DNA from: Enterococcus phage AllMyExes
Sequence record: PV544171.1
DNA length: 64,000 nt
Strand: one strand, 5' to 3'
The position numbers and the translations under genes were made by a program. Every line of letters starts with the position of its first letter. The first letter of the stretch is position 1. Under the pieces are notes generated by a model. The model did no database searches. It saw nothing but the letters and a program-made list of their open reading frames with translations, and was not told the DNA's origin. Of this stretch, positions 1 through 9,557 are shown piece by piece.

Positions 1-2915
1 TAGCAGAAAGAACTTATGATGAGTCTGGTTCATATCGTGTTCGTGGTTTTGATATGTACACAGAAGTTCATCCAACAGACCCTAACAATAAAATTCAGTT
101 AGTTGTCGATTCAGGTCGAGCATATGTTTTAGGTTTTAAAGTAGATAAACCTACAACTACTCGTATTGATATTGAGAAGTCAAGAGAGTTAGAAACAATC
201 AATAACGAAGGTTTCTACTATAGCAATGCAACTCGTAAAAATAAATTAGGTAATTCCCCAGTATCTTCTGTAGACCGTGTAACCGCACAAGTTGAAGTTG
301 CTAAAGAACAGGTTTCTCGTGGGGTCGTAGGTGGAGGCACCGATTACCTTAAAAACACCTCTGTAACAAAAGTTATCCGTGTATGGACTGAGGGTTCAGG
401 AGCACAGGAGTACAAACAAGGTGAAGACTTCCAATTAGTAAATGGTCAAGCAATATCTTGGGCACCTACAGGGCAAGAACCTCCTGCAGGGGGAACCTAC
501 TTCGTTCAATATGTTTATAATAAAACAATGATTGAAAATACAGATTACAAAGTTGTAATTACTGGTGAAGGCGATGCTAGGGAATGGTATATTGACTTTA
601 ACGAGATGACAGGTTCTAAACCAGTCGATGAATCACTTGTTAACGTAGACTATAAATACTTCTTAGCTCGTAAAGACCTAATTGTATTAGACCATAACGG
701 GAATTTCACTGTCCATAAAGGACAACCTAATGCTCTAAGACTAGTAGAGGCACCTAACCATGTAGACCCATTAGTTTTAGCTATTGGTACAGTAGTAGTT
801 TACCCAGACTCAAATACTGCTGATGCTAAACAATGGACAATCACACGTCTAACAATGGAAGAACTACAGAAGTTATCTGTTCGTGTGGAAAACATGGAGT
901 ATAACCAAGCAGTGTTCTACTTAGACCAACCGGCAATGGCAGGAGAAAACCCTATCTATCTACGTGGAGTATTCTCGGATGCGTTTATCTCACTAGATAA
1001 ATATGACGTTAGTCACCCAGATGCCACAATTGCTTTTGACTTTGACACAGCAGAAATAACATTGCCTTATGCAGAAATTAATAAAACAGTTCCAACAATT
1101 ATCGAAGGTTCTAGTGAAGCACATGTGTGGGGTAGACTAGTAACAGCACCGTTTACCGAAGAAGTGGGTATTAGACAGCCATTTGCTACGGAAGCAATGA
1201 ACGTTAACCCATACAACACCTTTAACAAACAGGGTGCCTTAAAGCTAAACCCTTCTGCAGATAACTGGATTGAAGATGAGCGTATCACAGTTACCAAAGA
1301 AGAAACATCTACTATGACTGTTCGTCAATGGTGGAGACATGGTGGAGCATCTTGGACAAACGATGAGATGAACATGGTATCTAACATCACGCTCGACCCC
1401 GGACAATCTTGGGGAGGTGCCTCTGGTACAGAAGACCAACGTAAACAAGGGTTATCCGGTTCTACTTTAACCAGTGGCGGTCAGCAAACCAAAGAATCAA
1501 TGATTGAGTTTATGAGACAAATTGATGTTGAGGTTTACGCAGAGAACTTGCAACCTAATGCTAACAACTTATACGTAACATTCGATGGCTTGAGAGTACC
1601 TGTTACCCCATCTTCTGGTTACCGTAAAGGTGCCACAGAAGGTACTGGTATGGCAAATGCAGACGGAACATTTAAAGGGGTATTTAAAATACCTGCAGGA
1701 GTTCGTTGTGGTACTCGTGAAGTATCTGTTAGAAACGATACAAACTTAGCAAGTACTACGTTCACTGCGCAAGGTACGTTAAAAACAACTGAGGATATTA
1801 TCATAAAAACCCATGTTACTATTAACTTGGTTGACCCTTTGGCACAATCATTCAGTTTTAACACTAACAGAGTTGCAACAAGCTTTGATGTATTCTTTGC
1901 ATCTAAGGATAACAGTACAAATATTATTTGTCAAGTACGTGGAATATCAGAAGGTGGGCAACCTAATAAAACTGTGTATGCTGAAAGAGTGTTAAAACCT
2001 TCCGAAATCAAAGTATCAGATGATGCAAGTGTTCCTACGAAAATCAGTTTTGATGACCCACTAATGTGTAAAGCAGGTCAAGAATACTGTTTGGTATTCA
2101 TTACTGACTCTGATAAATACACAATGTGGATTGCAACTATGGGTCAAAATAGAGTAGACGAACCAACACAAACAGTAACATCAAACCCTTACTTGGAAGG
2201 TGTCCTATACAGTTCATCTAACGCAAGTGCATGGTCTATTCACCAACTGTCTGATTTGAAGTTCACTGTATACACGGCTAAATTTAACGAAGAAGCTGTA
2301 CTTGAGTTCGATGTTATGAAGAACGTTAATGTAGACCGTATAGTGTTAATGTCTACCTACCTAACACCTGCAAACACTGGTTGTAGATGGGATATGAAAC
2401 TAGTCCTTGATAATGAGCCTGCAGGTACAACAGTAGATGATAAACCTTGGTTACCTATTGCTAACTACGTAGACTTAGATGTTAACCAGTTAGCTCGTGA
2501 GGCTAAGCTTAGAGCAACATTTAAAGCTAACCAATACATCTCACCAATGCTATCCTTGGACGACATTATGTTCGCAGGATTTTTAACAGCATTGAAAGGT
2601 AGCTATGTATCTCGTACAATAGATTTAACAGAGGCTCCATACAACACGGTTAAAATGTCATATGAACAATTTACACCTGCCGGAACTGTTGTGACTGCTA
2701 AATATAGTACAGATGAAGGTAAAACATGGAAGACATTTACAGTACAGCCTACAACAACACAACGTACACAAGACTTTGTTCGTGTAGACTATGTTGAAAA
2801 GATTAATACGGGTGGGACATTTAAGTCCATTAAATTCCGTCTTGATATGACGACCCAAAACTCCTTCCTCCGTCCAAGAGTAAGAAGACTTATGACTAAC
2901 ATGACAGATAAATAG
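1..2915 (+). CDS. Large virion structural protein, 5'-partial (putative tail fibre / baseplate-associated protein)
   Basis: The reading frame is open from the window start. There is no in-frame stop upstream of the first ATG at 54, so the gene begins outside the window. It ends at TAA 2913-2915 and is at least 953 aa. Composition is Thr/Ser/Asn/Gly/Val-rich and beta-rich. A strong hairpin terminator follows. It sits directly upstream of the helicase that opens the replication module, as in SPO1-like genomes. Confidence 0.4.
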   Translation, partial: AERTYDESGSYRVRGFDMYTEVHPTDPNNKIQLVVDSGRAYVLGFKVDKPTTTRIDIEKSRELETINNEGFYYSNATRKNKLGNSPVSSVDRVTAQVEVAKEQVSRGVVGGGTDYLKNTSVTKVIRVWTEGSGAQEYKQGEDFQLVNGQAISWAPTGQEPPAGGTYFVQYVYNKTMIENTDYKVVITGEGDAREWYIDFNEMTGSKPVDESLVNVDYKYFLARKDLIVLDHNGNFTVHKGQPNALRLVEAPNHVDPLVLAIGTVVVYPDSNTADAKQWTITRLTMEELQKLSVRVENMEYNQAVFYLDQPAMAGENPIYLRGVFSDAFISLDKYDVSHPDATIAFDFDTAEITLPYAEINKTVPTIIEGSSEAHVWGRLVTAPFTEEVGIRQPFATEAMNVNPYNTFNKQGALKLNPSADNWIEDERITVTKEETSTMTVRQWWRHGGASWTNDEMNMVSNITLDPGQSWGGASGTEDQRKQGLSGSTLTSGGQQTKESMIEFMRQIDVEVYAENLQPNANNLYVTFDGLRVPVTPSSGYRKGATEGTGMANADGTFKGVFKIPAGVRCGTREVSVRNDTNLASTTFTAQGTLKTTEDIIIKTHVTINLVDPLAQSFSFNTNRVATSFDVFFASKDNSTNIICQVRGISEGGQPNKTVYAERVLKPSEIKVSDDASVPTKISFDDPLMCKAGQEYCLVFITDSDKYTMWIATMGQNRVDEPTQTVTSNPYLEGVLYSSSNASAWSIHQLSDLKFTVYTAKFNEEAVLEFDVMKNVNVDRIVLMSTYLTPANTGCRWDMKLVLDNEPAGTTVDDKPWLPIANYVDLDVNQLAREAKLRATFKANQYISPMLSLDDIMFAGFLTALKGSYVSRTIDLTEAPYNTVKMSYEQFTPAGTVVTAKYSTDEGKTWKTFTVQPTTTQRTQDFVRVDYVEKINTGGTFKSIKFRLDMTTQNSFLRPRVRRLMTNMTDK

Positions 2916-2932
2916 CAACAGAATAAGTATAA

Positions 2933-2977
2933 TAGACTCTATATGTTATAATAGACATATAGAGTCTATTTTTTTTG
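2933..2977 (+). terminator. Rho-independent terminator
   Basis: A perfect 13-bp inverted repeat, tagactctatatg ... catatagagtcta, is followed by a T8 run immediately after the stop of the large structural gene. Confidence 0.8.
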
Positions 2978-2992
2978 TTAGGAGGAATAAAA

Positions 2993-3199
2993 TTGCCAGA
3001 AACACATAGACAAACAAGCTCAGGTGCACTTATATTTAAACCAACTATAGCTGAACAAGAGCATAAAAATGCTATGGAATCTATAAAACAAGAGAGAACA
3101 GAGCTAGAGAAAGAACTAGCTAATGTTAAAGCTATCAAAGATGAGTTGTCAAAAGAGCTAGCAGATATTAAACAACTGAAAGACGAATTATCAAAATAG
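2993..3199 (+). CDS. Small coiled-coil protein with heptad-like 'ELxKELA(D/N)(I/V)K' repeats
   Basis: The RBS aggagg (2979-2984) is followed by a TTG start. The ORF-track start at 2975 is in frame with it. The C-terminus repeats KDELSKELADIKQLKDELSK. This is a low-complexity coiled coil. Confidence 0.35.
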   Translation: MPETHRQTSSGALIFKPTIAEQEHKNAMESIKQERTELEKELANVKAIKDELSKELADIKQLKDELSK

Positions 3200-3235
3200 T
3201 TTCTAAATTGTCCTATTTAGGATTTCTGGTTCCCT

Positions 3236-3300
3236 TATATTATTAACTAATATATTTAAATAACTATATATAAAATATATAATATATAAATAATATATAA
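3236..3300. repeat. AT-only (TATA/TAAATA)n low-complexity tract
   Basis: The sequence is ...tatatttaaataactatatataaaatatataatatataaataatatataataag.... It lies upstream of a consensus promoter and may act as an UP element or bent DNA. Confidence 0.5.
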
Positions 3301-3348
3301 TAAGACTACGAAAAACATAAAATAGGACAAATCAACTCTGTATACACC

Positions 3349-3376
3349 TTGACAATTACCTGCTATGTGATATAAT
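3349..3376 (+). promoter_or_regulatory. Sigma-A-type promoter (TTGACA-16-TATAAT)
   Basis: TTGACA is at 3349-3354 and TATAAT at 3371-3376. It lies upstream of the helicase gene, whose RBS is aaaggag. Confidence 0.65.
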
Positions 3377-3453
3377 GAATATATTGATTATACTAAGGTG
3401 GGTATGTCAAGGAGCATGTATACTAATCTAACTTAAAGGAGATTTATTAATAA

Positions 3454-5226
3454 ATGAGACTAGTAGTAGATATTATGCATACTCAGATAAGGTATGAAGA
3501 TTCGGAAAATTATCTTAGACCAGAAATCCATAAGGTAATGCATTCAGAATTAGGTGTTAAAGCAGATGGATACCAATTCAGCCCTGCGTATAAAGCGGGT
3601 TACTGGGATGGTATTATTGATTTTTTTGATAAAGAAAATGATACGTTCCCCACAGGGTTACTACCCCATGTAGAGACAATATTAGGGAATCTCCAATCAA
3701 CTTTATCAAAGTCAGGTTATATTTTTCAGTTTGAAATAATTGATGATAGACCTGATGAGTTCATGTCAGTAGAGGACATGGATAAGGAGATAGTACTTAA
3801 TGGAGATAACAATGACAAGATAACATTAAGAGACTATCAATATGAATCTGTGGAGCAAGTTATTAAGAACAGAATAGGTATTGTAAACGTTAGTACTGGT
3901 GGAGGTAAAACAGAAATAGCATCAGGGCTTATACAACAAATAACCCCTTACTTAGAGTCAGGAGAGCGTATTGCATTTTTTACGAATAGTTCTTCTATTT
4001 TTTCACAGTCAATTGACCGTATTGAGAAAAGACTTGGAATAAAAGTAGGTGCTTTTGGTGCAGGTAAGAAGGACATTCAGCAAGTTACTTTTGTAATGAT
4101 ACCTACGATTGTATCTGCAATATCTGCAGACCCAGAGGCTAAGCTTAAGCTGACTGCTAAAGAAAGAATGTACAAGAAAATTGCTAAGGATATAGCTCCA
4201 AAATTTGAAAGAGGGTTTAACCAAAGGAGTTTGCTTGAAGGATACCTAAATAACTTTCAAGTTAAGACAAAAGCAGACTTGCAGTTGAAACATGAACTAG
4301 AAGAAATTTTTTATTCATGTGGTACGAATAAGCAGGTTATTATGAAAATGAAAGGGTATCAAGCAGAATACCAAAAGATTGTTGAAAAGAAAAATGGTAA
4401 AGTTCTTAAGAAGTACAATGAGGCTATGGAGTTTTTAGATTCCATATCTGTAATGATTGTGGATGAGGCTCACCATACGAGTTCAGATACTTGGTATAAA
4501 GTGTTAACATCTTGTAATAACGCTCAGTATAGAATGGCACTTACTGGTTCGATTGACCGTACAAATCATGTGCTTTGGCAAAGACTTCAAGCTATATTCG
4601 GGGAGATTACGACCAAGGTGTCTAACAACACACTCATTGAATTAGGTCACTCAGCTAAACCTAAAATAACAATATTTCCTATTATAGCCCCTGTAGATAT
4701 TCAAACCACTACGTATATGGATGCCTATCAAAAAGGTATAGTAGACAACGAATATAGAAATTCTCTTATTGCAAAGTTGACTAAGAAGATGTATGATAAA
4801 GGTAATGGGATTTTAATTATAATTAATCGTATAGAGCACGGAGAGGCTATTAGTAACTTGCTAAAAGAAGAGGGAGTAGCTCACTACTTTATCAATGGAC
4901 AACTTGAAAATGATTTAAGGGATGAAAAAATTCAGGACATGCGTGATGGGGCACTTAAAGTAATGATTTCTTCTACGATTATAGATGAAGGTGTTGACAT
5001 TTCAGGGATTGACACATTAATTCTTGGTGCAGGAGGTAAGTCCTTAAGGCAGACACTACAACGTGTTGGTCGGGGCTTACGTAAGAAAAAAACAGGAGAA
5101 AACAAAGTAGAAGTATTCGATTTTTATGATTTAACAAACAAACATTTGAAAAAACATTCAGAGCAGAGAAGAAAAATATATGAAGATGAGCAATTTGAAA
5201 TTGTTGATATTCCTATTCCTAAATAA
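3454..5226 (+). CDS. Superfamily-2 DNA/RNA helicase (DEAH-type)
   Basis: Motif I VSTGGGKT, motif II MIVDEAHH, motif III LTGS and motif VI QTLQRVGRGLRK are all present. It is 590 aa. Confidence 0.8.
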   Translation: MRLVVDIMHTQIRYEDSENYLRPEIHKVMHSELGVKADGYQFSPAYKAGYWDGIIDFFDKENDTFPTGLLPHVETILGNLQSTLSKSGYIFQFEIIDDRPDEFMSVEDMDKEIVLNGDNNDKITLRDYQYESVEQVIKNRIGIVNVSTGGGKTEIASGLIQQITPYLESGERIAFFTNSSSIFSQSIDRIEKRLGIKVGAFGAGKKDIQQVTFVMIPTIVSAISADPEAKLKLTAKERMYKKIAKDIAPKFERGFNQRSLLEGYLNNFQVKTKADLQLKHELEEIFYSCGTNKQVIMKMKGYQAEYQKIVEKKNGKVLKKYNEAMEFLDSISVMIVDEAHHTSSDTWYKVLTSCNNAQYRMALTGSIDRTNHVLWQRLQAIFGEITTKVSNNTLIELGHSAKPKITIFPIIAPVDIQTTTYMDAYQKGIVDNEYRNSLIAKLTKKMYDKGNGILIIINRIEHGEAISNLLKEEGVAHYFINGQLENDLRDEKIQDMRDGALKVMISSTIIDEGVDISGIDTLILGAGGKSLRQTLQRVGRGLRKKKTGENKVEVFDFYDLTNKHLKKHSEQRRKIYEDEQFEIVDIPIPK

Positions 5227-5253
5227 CTATAATAAAGAAAGGGTGGCATACAA

Positions 5254-6882
5254 TTGCAAAGTCCATGCCTAAATATTGAATTAAAAGAAAAATTTAAATT
5301 AAACAAAGGTATAACAGACTTTTTAGAGAGAGTTGCAGATAAATCTCAGAGATGGGGTGAAACAGTAGCCTCCCCTATCCGTAAAACGGATATGGCAAAA
5401 GAGACTGGAAAAAACCCTAGAACAATTACAAGATATATTAATCAATTAGAGGAACTAGGTTTAATAAAAACCGAAACAAAAAGAGGAATGAATGGAGGGA
5501 CTTTAGTCGTGTTTAACACAGATATGCTTAATTTTGAGCCAAAGGAAAATCCTATCACGTCTGATACTAAACAAGCAAAGGAGATTAGAGAACAAGTCTT
5601 CCCTAAAGCCCCAACTAAAGTACCAAAACGCAGATATAGAACAAAAGCGGAGATAGCTGAGGCACGTATACTTAGTGAAAAACTTAAAAAACGTGAAGAC
5701 ATTTTAAATGATAAAATTGAGTTTAACGTTGTTACTAGAAGTTTTTTCGACAGTTTTGACGAACCAGAAGCGTACTTTAAAGGCTATTTAATTTCAAGAA
5801 TGTATAATGCTTATGTGACAATCATTCCTTATGAAAAATATAATAGACTGAAAAATTTAGATGAGAAAAAGGCTAAGCAACAACTACGAGCATACGAAAG
5901 CTCTTACAATTACGATGTGTTGCCTAGAAGATTTGTTGGGACACCTCAGTACAAAAAATTTGTAGAGCTAGCTAAATATTGTGAAGAGAATAATATCAAT
6001 CCTTTAGTTTATTTAACAGTTCAATTTGATAGAACAGAGTTTTTGATTTCTGTAGGTAAAGCACGGGTAGGGGCTACACCCTATGTAAATACTTTGTTAT
6101 GTGCAGAGGCTAAAGAGGCTTACACAAATAGAAAACTGTTCTACAGAATGTTACAGAACCAATATGGATTGTATACGTCTATCAATTCAGAAGCTACTTA
6201 TTATGGTGCAACTTATCCAATTATTTCAGGACTATTGAATGCTTACAATATGCCACAGAAGGACTTGTCACAGTTAGACACTGCTATTTGTGACTTAGAA
6301 TATAAAAAAGATATTGACAAAAAAGCAGGTACGTTGTACTCTTATTATACAGCAACACTTAAATCGTTAGATGAATCTGACGTATCTAGTGAAGCTAAAG
6401 AAAGTATTGCTAACTTCTTGAAAGAACAAGTTGCAAACTTTTCTAGTAAACGTGGACTAACTTCAACACAGTATGCCTTAGCATTCCCTATTCAGATAAA
6501 CTCTGCACGCAGTTTATTAATGAATGAGGAAGACGAAGAACTACTTTATTTATTGTTAGGTAACCAGTCACGATTATCTAATGTAACAAATGATGAAGCT
6601 GAAATGTTTATTAAACAAGGTAGAAAATTAAGTATGTCTTGGTGGGGCTCACAGAACTTCTCAAGAACAATGTTCATGTTAGCGGACTACTATGGGTTTA
6701 AAACAAATATATCTAAGTTAGGTATGTACATTAAAGAATTTGGTGAGGAGAAAATTCCTTTAGATTCTGTAGGTATGTTAGATGTAAATAGAATCTATGA
6801 TGTCTTAATGACTGAACAAGAGATTTTAGAGATTGACAAAAGTAACTGGGAGAACCAAAAAGATATGCGTGACGACAAATAA
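5254..6882 (+). CDS. HTH-containing protein, putative replication initiation / origin-binding protein
   Basis: It has a TTG start after the RBS aaagggtgg. The N-terminal winged-HTH-like segment reads PRTITRYINQLEELGLIKTETKRG. It sits between two helicase genes. The function is inferred from position only. Confidence 0.35.
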   Translation: MQSPCLNIELKEKFKLNKGITDFLERVADKSQRWGETVASPIRKTDMAKETGKNPRTITRYINQLEELGLIKTETKRGMNGGTLVVFNTDMLNFEPKENPITSDTKQAKEIREQVFPKAPTKVPKRRYRTKAEIAEARILSEKLKKREDILNDKIEFNVVTRSFFDSFDEPEAYFKGYLISRMYNAYVTIIPYEKYNRLKNLDEKKAKQQLRAYESSYNYDVLPRRFVGTPQYKKFVELAKYCEENNINPLVYLTVQFDRTEFLISVGKARVGATPYVNTLLCAEAKEAYTNRKLFYRMLQNQYGLYTSINSEATYYGATYPIISGLLNAYNMPQKDLSQLDTAICDLEYKKDIDKKAGTLYSYYTATLKSLDESDVSSEAKESIANFLKEQVANFSSKRGLTSTQYALAFPIQINSARSLLMNEEDEELLYLLLGNQSRLSNVTNDEAEMFIKQGRKLSMSWWGSQNFSRTMFMLADYYGFKTNISKLGMYIKEFGEEKIPLDSVGMLDVNRIYDVLMTEQEILEIDKSNWENQKDMRDDK

Positions 6883-6914
6883 GAAATATAAATGGGAGAG
6901 GGACGGATAGTAAG

Positions 6915-8387
6915 ATGAGTCAAATTCAAAAACAAGTTATTTATAGAGCATTAAGTGAGCCATTCTTTGCAAAGGAAATTCTAAGTAAAATTCCAATGGA
7001 TGAGTTTAAAGATTCTGGATATGAGATGATTGTTTCTACAATCAACTTATATTACAGAACACATGATGAGAGCTTAGAGGAACAGAGTTTATTAACACTA
7101 GTAGAAGATAAGATGTTAAAACAAAACAAAAGTTTGGAAGCTCAAAACAAAGTCTTTGAGGTAGTTAGCGACTTATACGAACTAGAGAACGAAGATGTAG
7201 ACTCAGAAGTTATCAGTGAGAACATTCAGAACTACGTTCGTAAGGTACTAACACGAGAAGCAATCATGAAATCTGTAACAAATGAAGGCACACTAGGCTC
7301 TGATAGTAATATTCAACAGCTAATGGATGACTTGAGAGACATTCTTACTATCGAGACAGCAGGCAATAATTCAGAATTGCTAGACTTCTTCGATGACGTA
7401 GATAAAAAGATGGAGTTACTTGCAAACTTGCAACAAAACAAATACCCAACTGGCTTCACAGCCATTGATGCTATTTCCGATGGTGGGCTAGCTCGTGGAG
7501 AAGTCGGGATGGTTGTTGCGCCTACTGGTGGTGGTAAAACTACTTGGGCAGTTAACCAAGCTAGAAACTATGTTGTACGTGGTTTAAATGTTCTTTATGT
7601 TCCTTTAGAGGAAAAAGTAGACCGTATGATTGTTCGTTTTGAACAATTATTATCACAACAAAGTAAGAAGAACATCTTAGTTGATGGTGAATTGAATAAA
7701 GACTTGTATACCCAAATCCAACAGGCGTATGGAGCAGGTAAAGAACAGATGAATTGGGGTAACCTTTGGATTCGTAAATATAAACCACAAGAGCTAACAC
7801 CTAGCGGTTTATCTCAGTTAATCTCCGATGTAATGATTCGTAAAGGACAGCAAATTGATGTTGTCATTATTGACTACCCAGATTTAATGAAAAACCCTCA
7901 TGCAAGCGGAAGCAATGGTGAATCAGATGCAGGAGGTAAACTGTATGAAGATATTCGTGCGATTGCACAAGAATATGATTTTGTTTGTTGGACGTTATCC
8001 CAGTTGAACCGAGCAAGCTATGGTCAAGATATTAAAAATGCAGGAGCTATCGAAGGTTCTAAACGTAAAATGAACGCAGTAGAACTTATTTTTACATTAA
8101 ACCAAACATCAGAGGAGTTTAGTAACGGATATTTGAGAGCTTATGTAGATAAGTTACGTAATAATAGTGGGATTGCCTATGATAAAATGTTGTATTTTAA
8201 AGTACTCCCAGAAACTATGACTATTAGAGATGAAACACCAGAAGAACGAGCAGAACATGAAGCACTGTTAGCAGATAATGCGATGAATAGAGCAAGTAGC
8301 CATTCTGATGAGAATAACTACACAGCAAACGATGTTAATAAAAAGATAAGTAATTTGAATAATACCCTTTCAGGAGGTTGGAATTAA
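6915..8387 (+). CDS. DnaB-like replicative helicase (RecA-fold ATPase)
   Basis: Walker A is VAPTGGGKTT. Walker B-like VVIIDYPD and an H-motif region are present. An N-terminal helical domain is also present. It is 490 aa. Confidence 0.65.
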   Translation: MSQIQKQVIYRALSEPFFAKEILSKIPMDEFKDSGYEMIVSTINLYYRTHDESLEEQSLLTLVEDKMLKQNKSLEAQNKVFEVVSDLYELENEDVDSEVISENIQNYVRKVLTREAIMKSVTNEGTLGSDSNIQQLMDDLRDILTIETAGNNSELLDFFDDVDKKMELLANLQQNKYPTGFTAIDAISDGGLARGEVGMVVAPTGGGKTTWAVNQARNYVVRGLNVLYVPLEEKVDRMIVRFEQLLSQQSKKNILVDGELNKDLYTQIQQAYGAGKEQMNWGNLWIRKYKPQELTPSGLSQLISDVMIRKGQQIDVVIIDYPDLMKNPHASGSNGESDAGGKLYEDIRAIAQEYDFVCWTLSQLNRASYGQDIKNAGAIEGSKRKMNAVELIFTLNQTSEEFSNGYLRAYVDKLRNNSGIAYDKMLYFKVLPETMTIRDETPEERAEHEALLADNAMNRASSHSDENNYTANDVNKKISNLNNTLSGGWN

Positions 8388-9442
8388 TGAAACATATTAT
8401 TAATTTTTCAGATTTTCATATGCACTTTTTTAAAGATTTTTCAAAACCAGACCCAGAGTATGGAACTGATAGGGCAAAAGAGCAAATTACTATATTAGAC
8501 AACTTGATGAACTATGCACGAAACAAAAATGGGGATGTTTTATTTAATGGGGACATGTTCCATAAACGAGTATCTATTGATGTTAGAATATTTAATATGT
8601 TATTTCAAGTAATTAGTAGTTACCCCGATGTCGATGTTATCATGGTCAGTGGTAATCATGATAAGGTAACTAACTCTCTATATTCAGATAGTGCTTTAGC
8701 ACCATTTAGTGCTTTACCAAATGTTACAGTTTGTTCTACGTTAAACAAGATTGTGAAAGATGATTATACGTTGTATGCTGTTAGCTATGGGGAAGAGGTC
8801 GAAGAGATGAAAGCTTGGATAAAAGAACAAGCTGACAATTTAGACCATGAAACAGTTAATATTCTAAGTGCACACATTGGTGTAGATGGTTCATCTACTG
8901 GGAAGTACTCCCATACACTTGGTGGTGCTTTTAAAGTAGCTGATTTATACCCTGACAAGTTTGACATAGTTACATTGGGTCACTATCATAAACGACAATT
9001 TTTGGGAAACCTATCTAATGTGTTTTATGTGGGCAATACCTTACAGACTTCTTTTGCGGATGAAGGTCAAGAAAAAGGTTTTTATGATATTACTATAGAG
9101 GGTAAGAAGTGGGAACAAAAATTTATTAAAACTGACTATACTCCGTTTGAAACAGTAACAGCTGATAGTCCATCAACAACAGGTTCTATGGAGAAATCTT
9201 ATATCCAGTTTATCGGTAATGTGGACGAGGTTGAGGCTGTGAAGAGAATAAAAGAAGAGAACAACTTAAGTAATATTAGAATAAAAGTTCAGAAGGACTA
9301 TCATGTTGAGCCACGTATAAACATAACAGCAGGTTCGACACCTAGTGAAGTTGTCAATGCATTTATTAGTAAAAAGTACCCTAACGCAAAAATAATTAAA
9401 GAAAAAGCTCTCGACTGTTTGAGAGAAGCAATGGAAGTGTAA
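8378..9442 (+). CDS. sbcD: Mre11/SbcD-like nuclease (calcineurin-like metallophosphoesterase)
   Basis: Phosphoesterase motifs DFH, GDMFH, GNHD and GHYH are present. It overlaps the upstream gene by 10 nt and is followed by a Rad50-like gene. Confidence 0.75.
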   Translation: MELMKHIINFSDFHMHFFKDFSKPDPEYGTDRAKEQITILDNLMNYARNKNGDVLFNGDMFHKRVSIDVRIFNMLFQVISSYPDVDVIMVSGNHDKVTNSLYSDSALAPFSALPNVTVCSTLNKIVKDDYTLYAVSYGEEVEEMKAWIKEQADNLDHETVNILSAHIGVDGSSTGKYSHTLGGAFKVADLYPDKFDIVTLGHYHKRQFLGNLSNVFYVGNTLQTSFADEGQEKGFYDITIEGKKWEQKFIKTDYTPFETVTADSPSTTGSMEKSYIQFIGNVDEVEAVKRIKEENNLSNIRIKVQKDYHVEPRINITAGSTPSEVVNAFISKKYPNAKIIKEKALDCLREAMEV

Positions 9443-9452
9443 TAATTGTTCA

Positions 9453-9476
9453 GCCTAGATATATCTAGGCTTTTTT
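9453..9476 (+). terminator. Rho-independent terminator
   Basis: The hairpin gcctagat-at-atctaggc is followed by tttttt. Confidence 0.7.
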
Positions 9477-9487
9477 GCGTTGTACTA

Positions 9488-9516
9488 TTGACTTTATTAG
9501 TATTTTGAAGTATAAT
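9488..9516 (+). promoter_or_regulatory. Sigma-A-type promoter (TTGACT-17-TATAAT)
   Basis: TTGACT is at 9488-9493 and TATAAT at 9511-9516. Confidence 0.6.
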
Positions 9517-9557
9517 ATGTTTATTGAAATAATTAATTAATATTTTGGGAGGAAAAG

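Noticed and set aside
1067-2918. Several 60-90-aa minus-strand or alternate-frame ORFs inside the large structural gene, plus similar short antisense ORFs listed throughout the ORF track (for example 4009-4224, 5442-5702, 7561-7800, 9807-10049, 14076-14501, 27333-27842, 35109-35354, 40573-40812, 41347-41553, 43178-43483, 54376-54624, 57107-57611, 58551-59265).
   Set aside because: All are fully embedded in well-supported plus-strand genes or leaders. They lack RBSs, and their length is typical of chance ORFs in AT-rich DNA.
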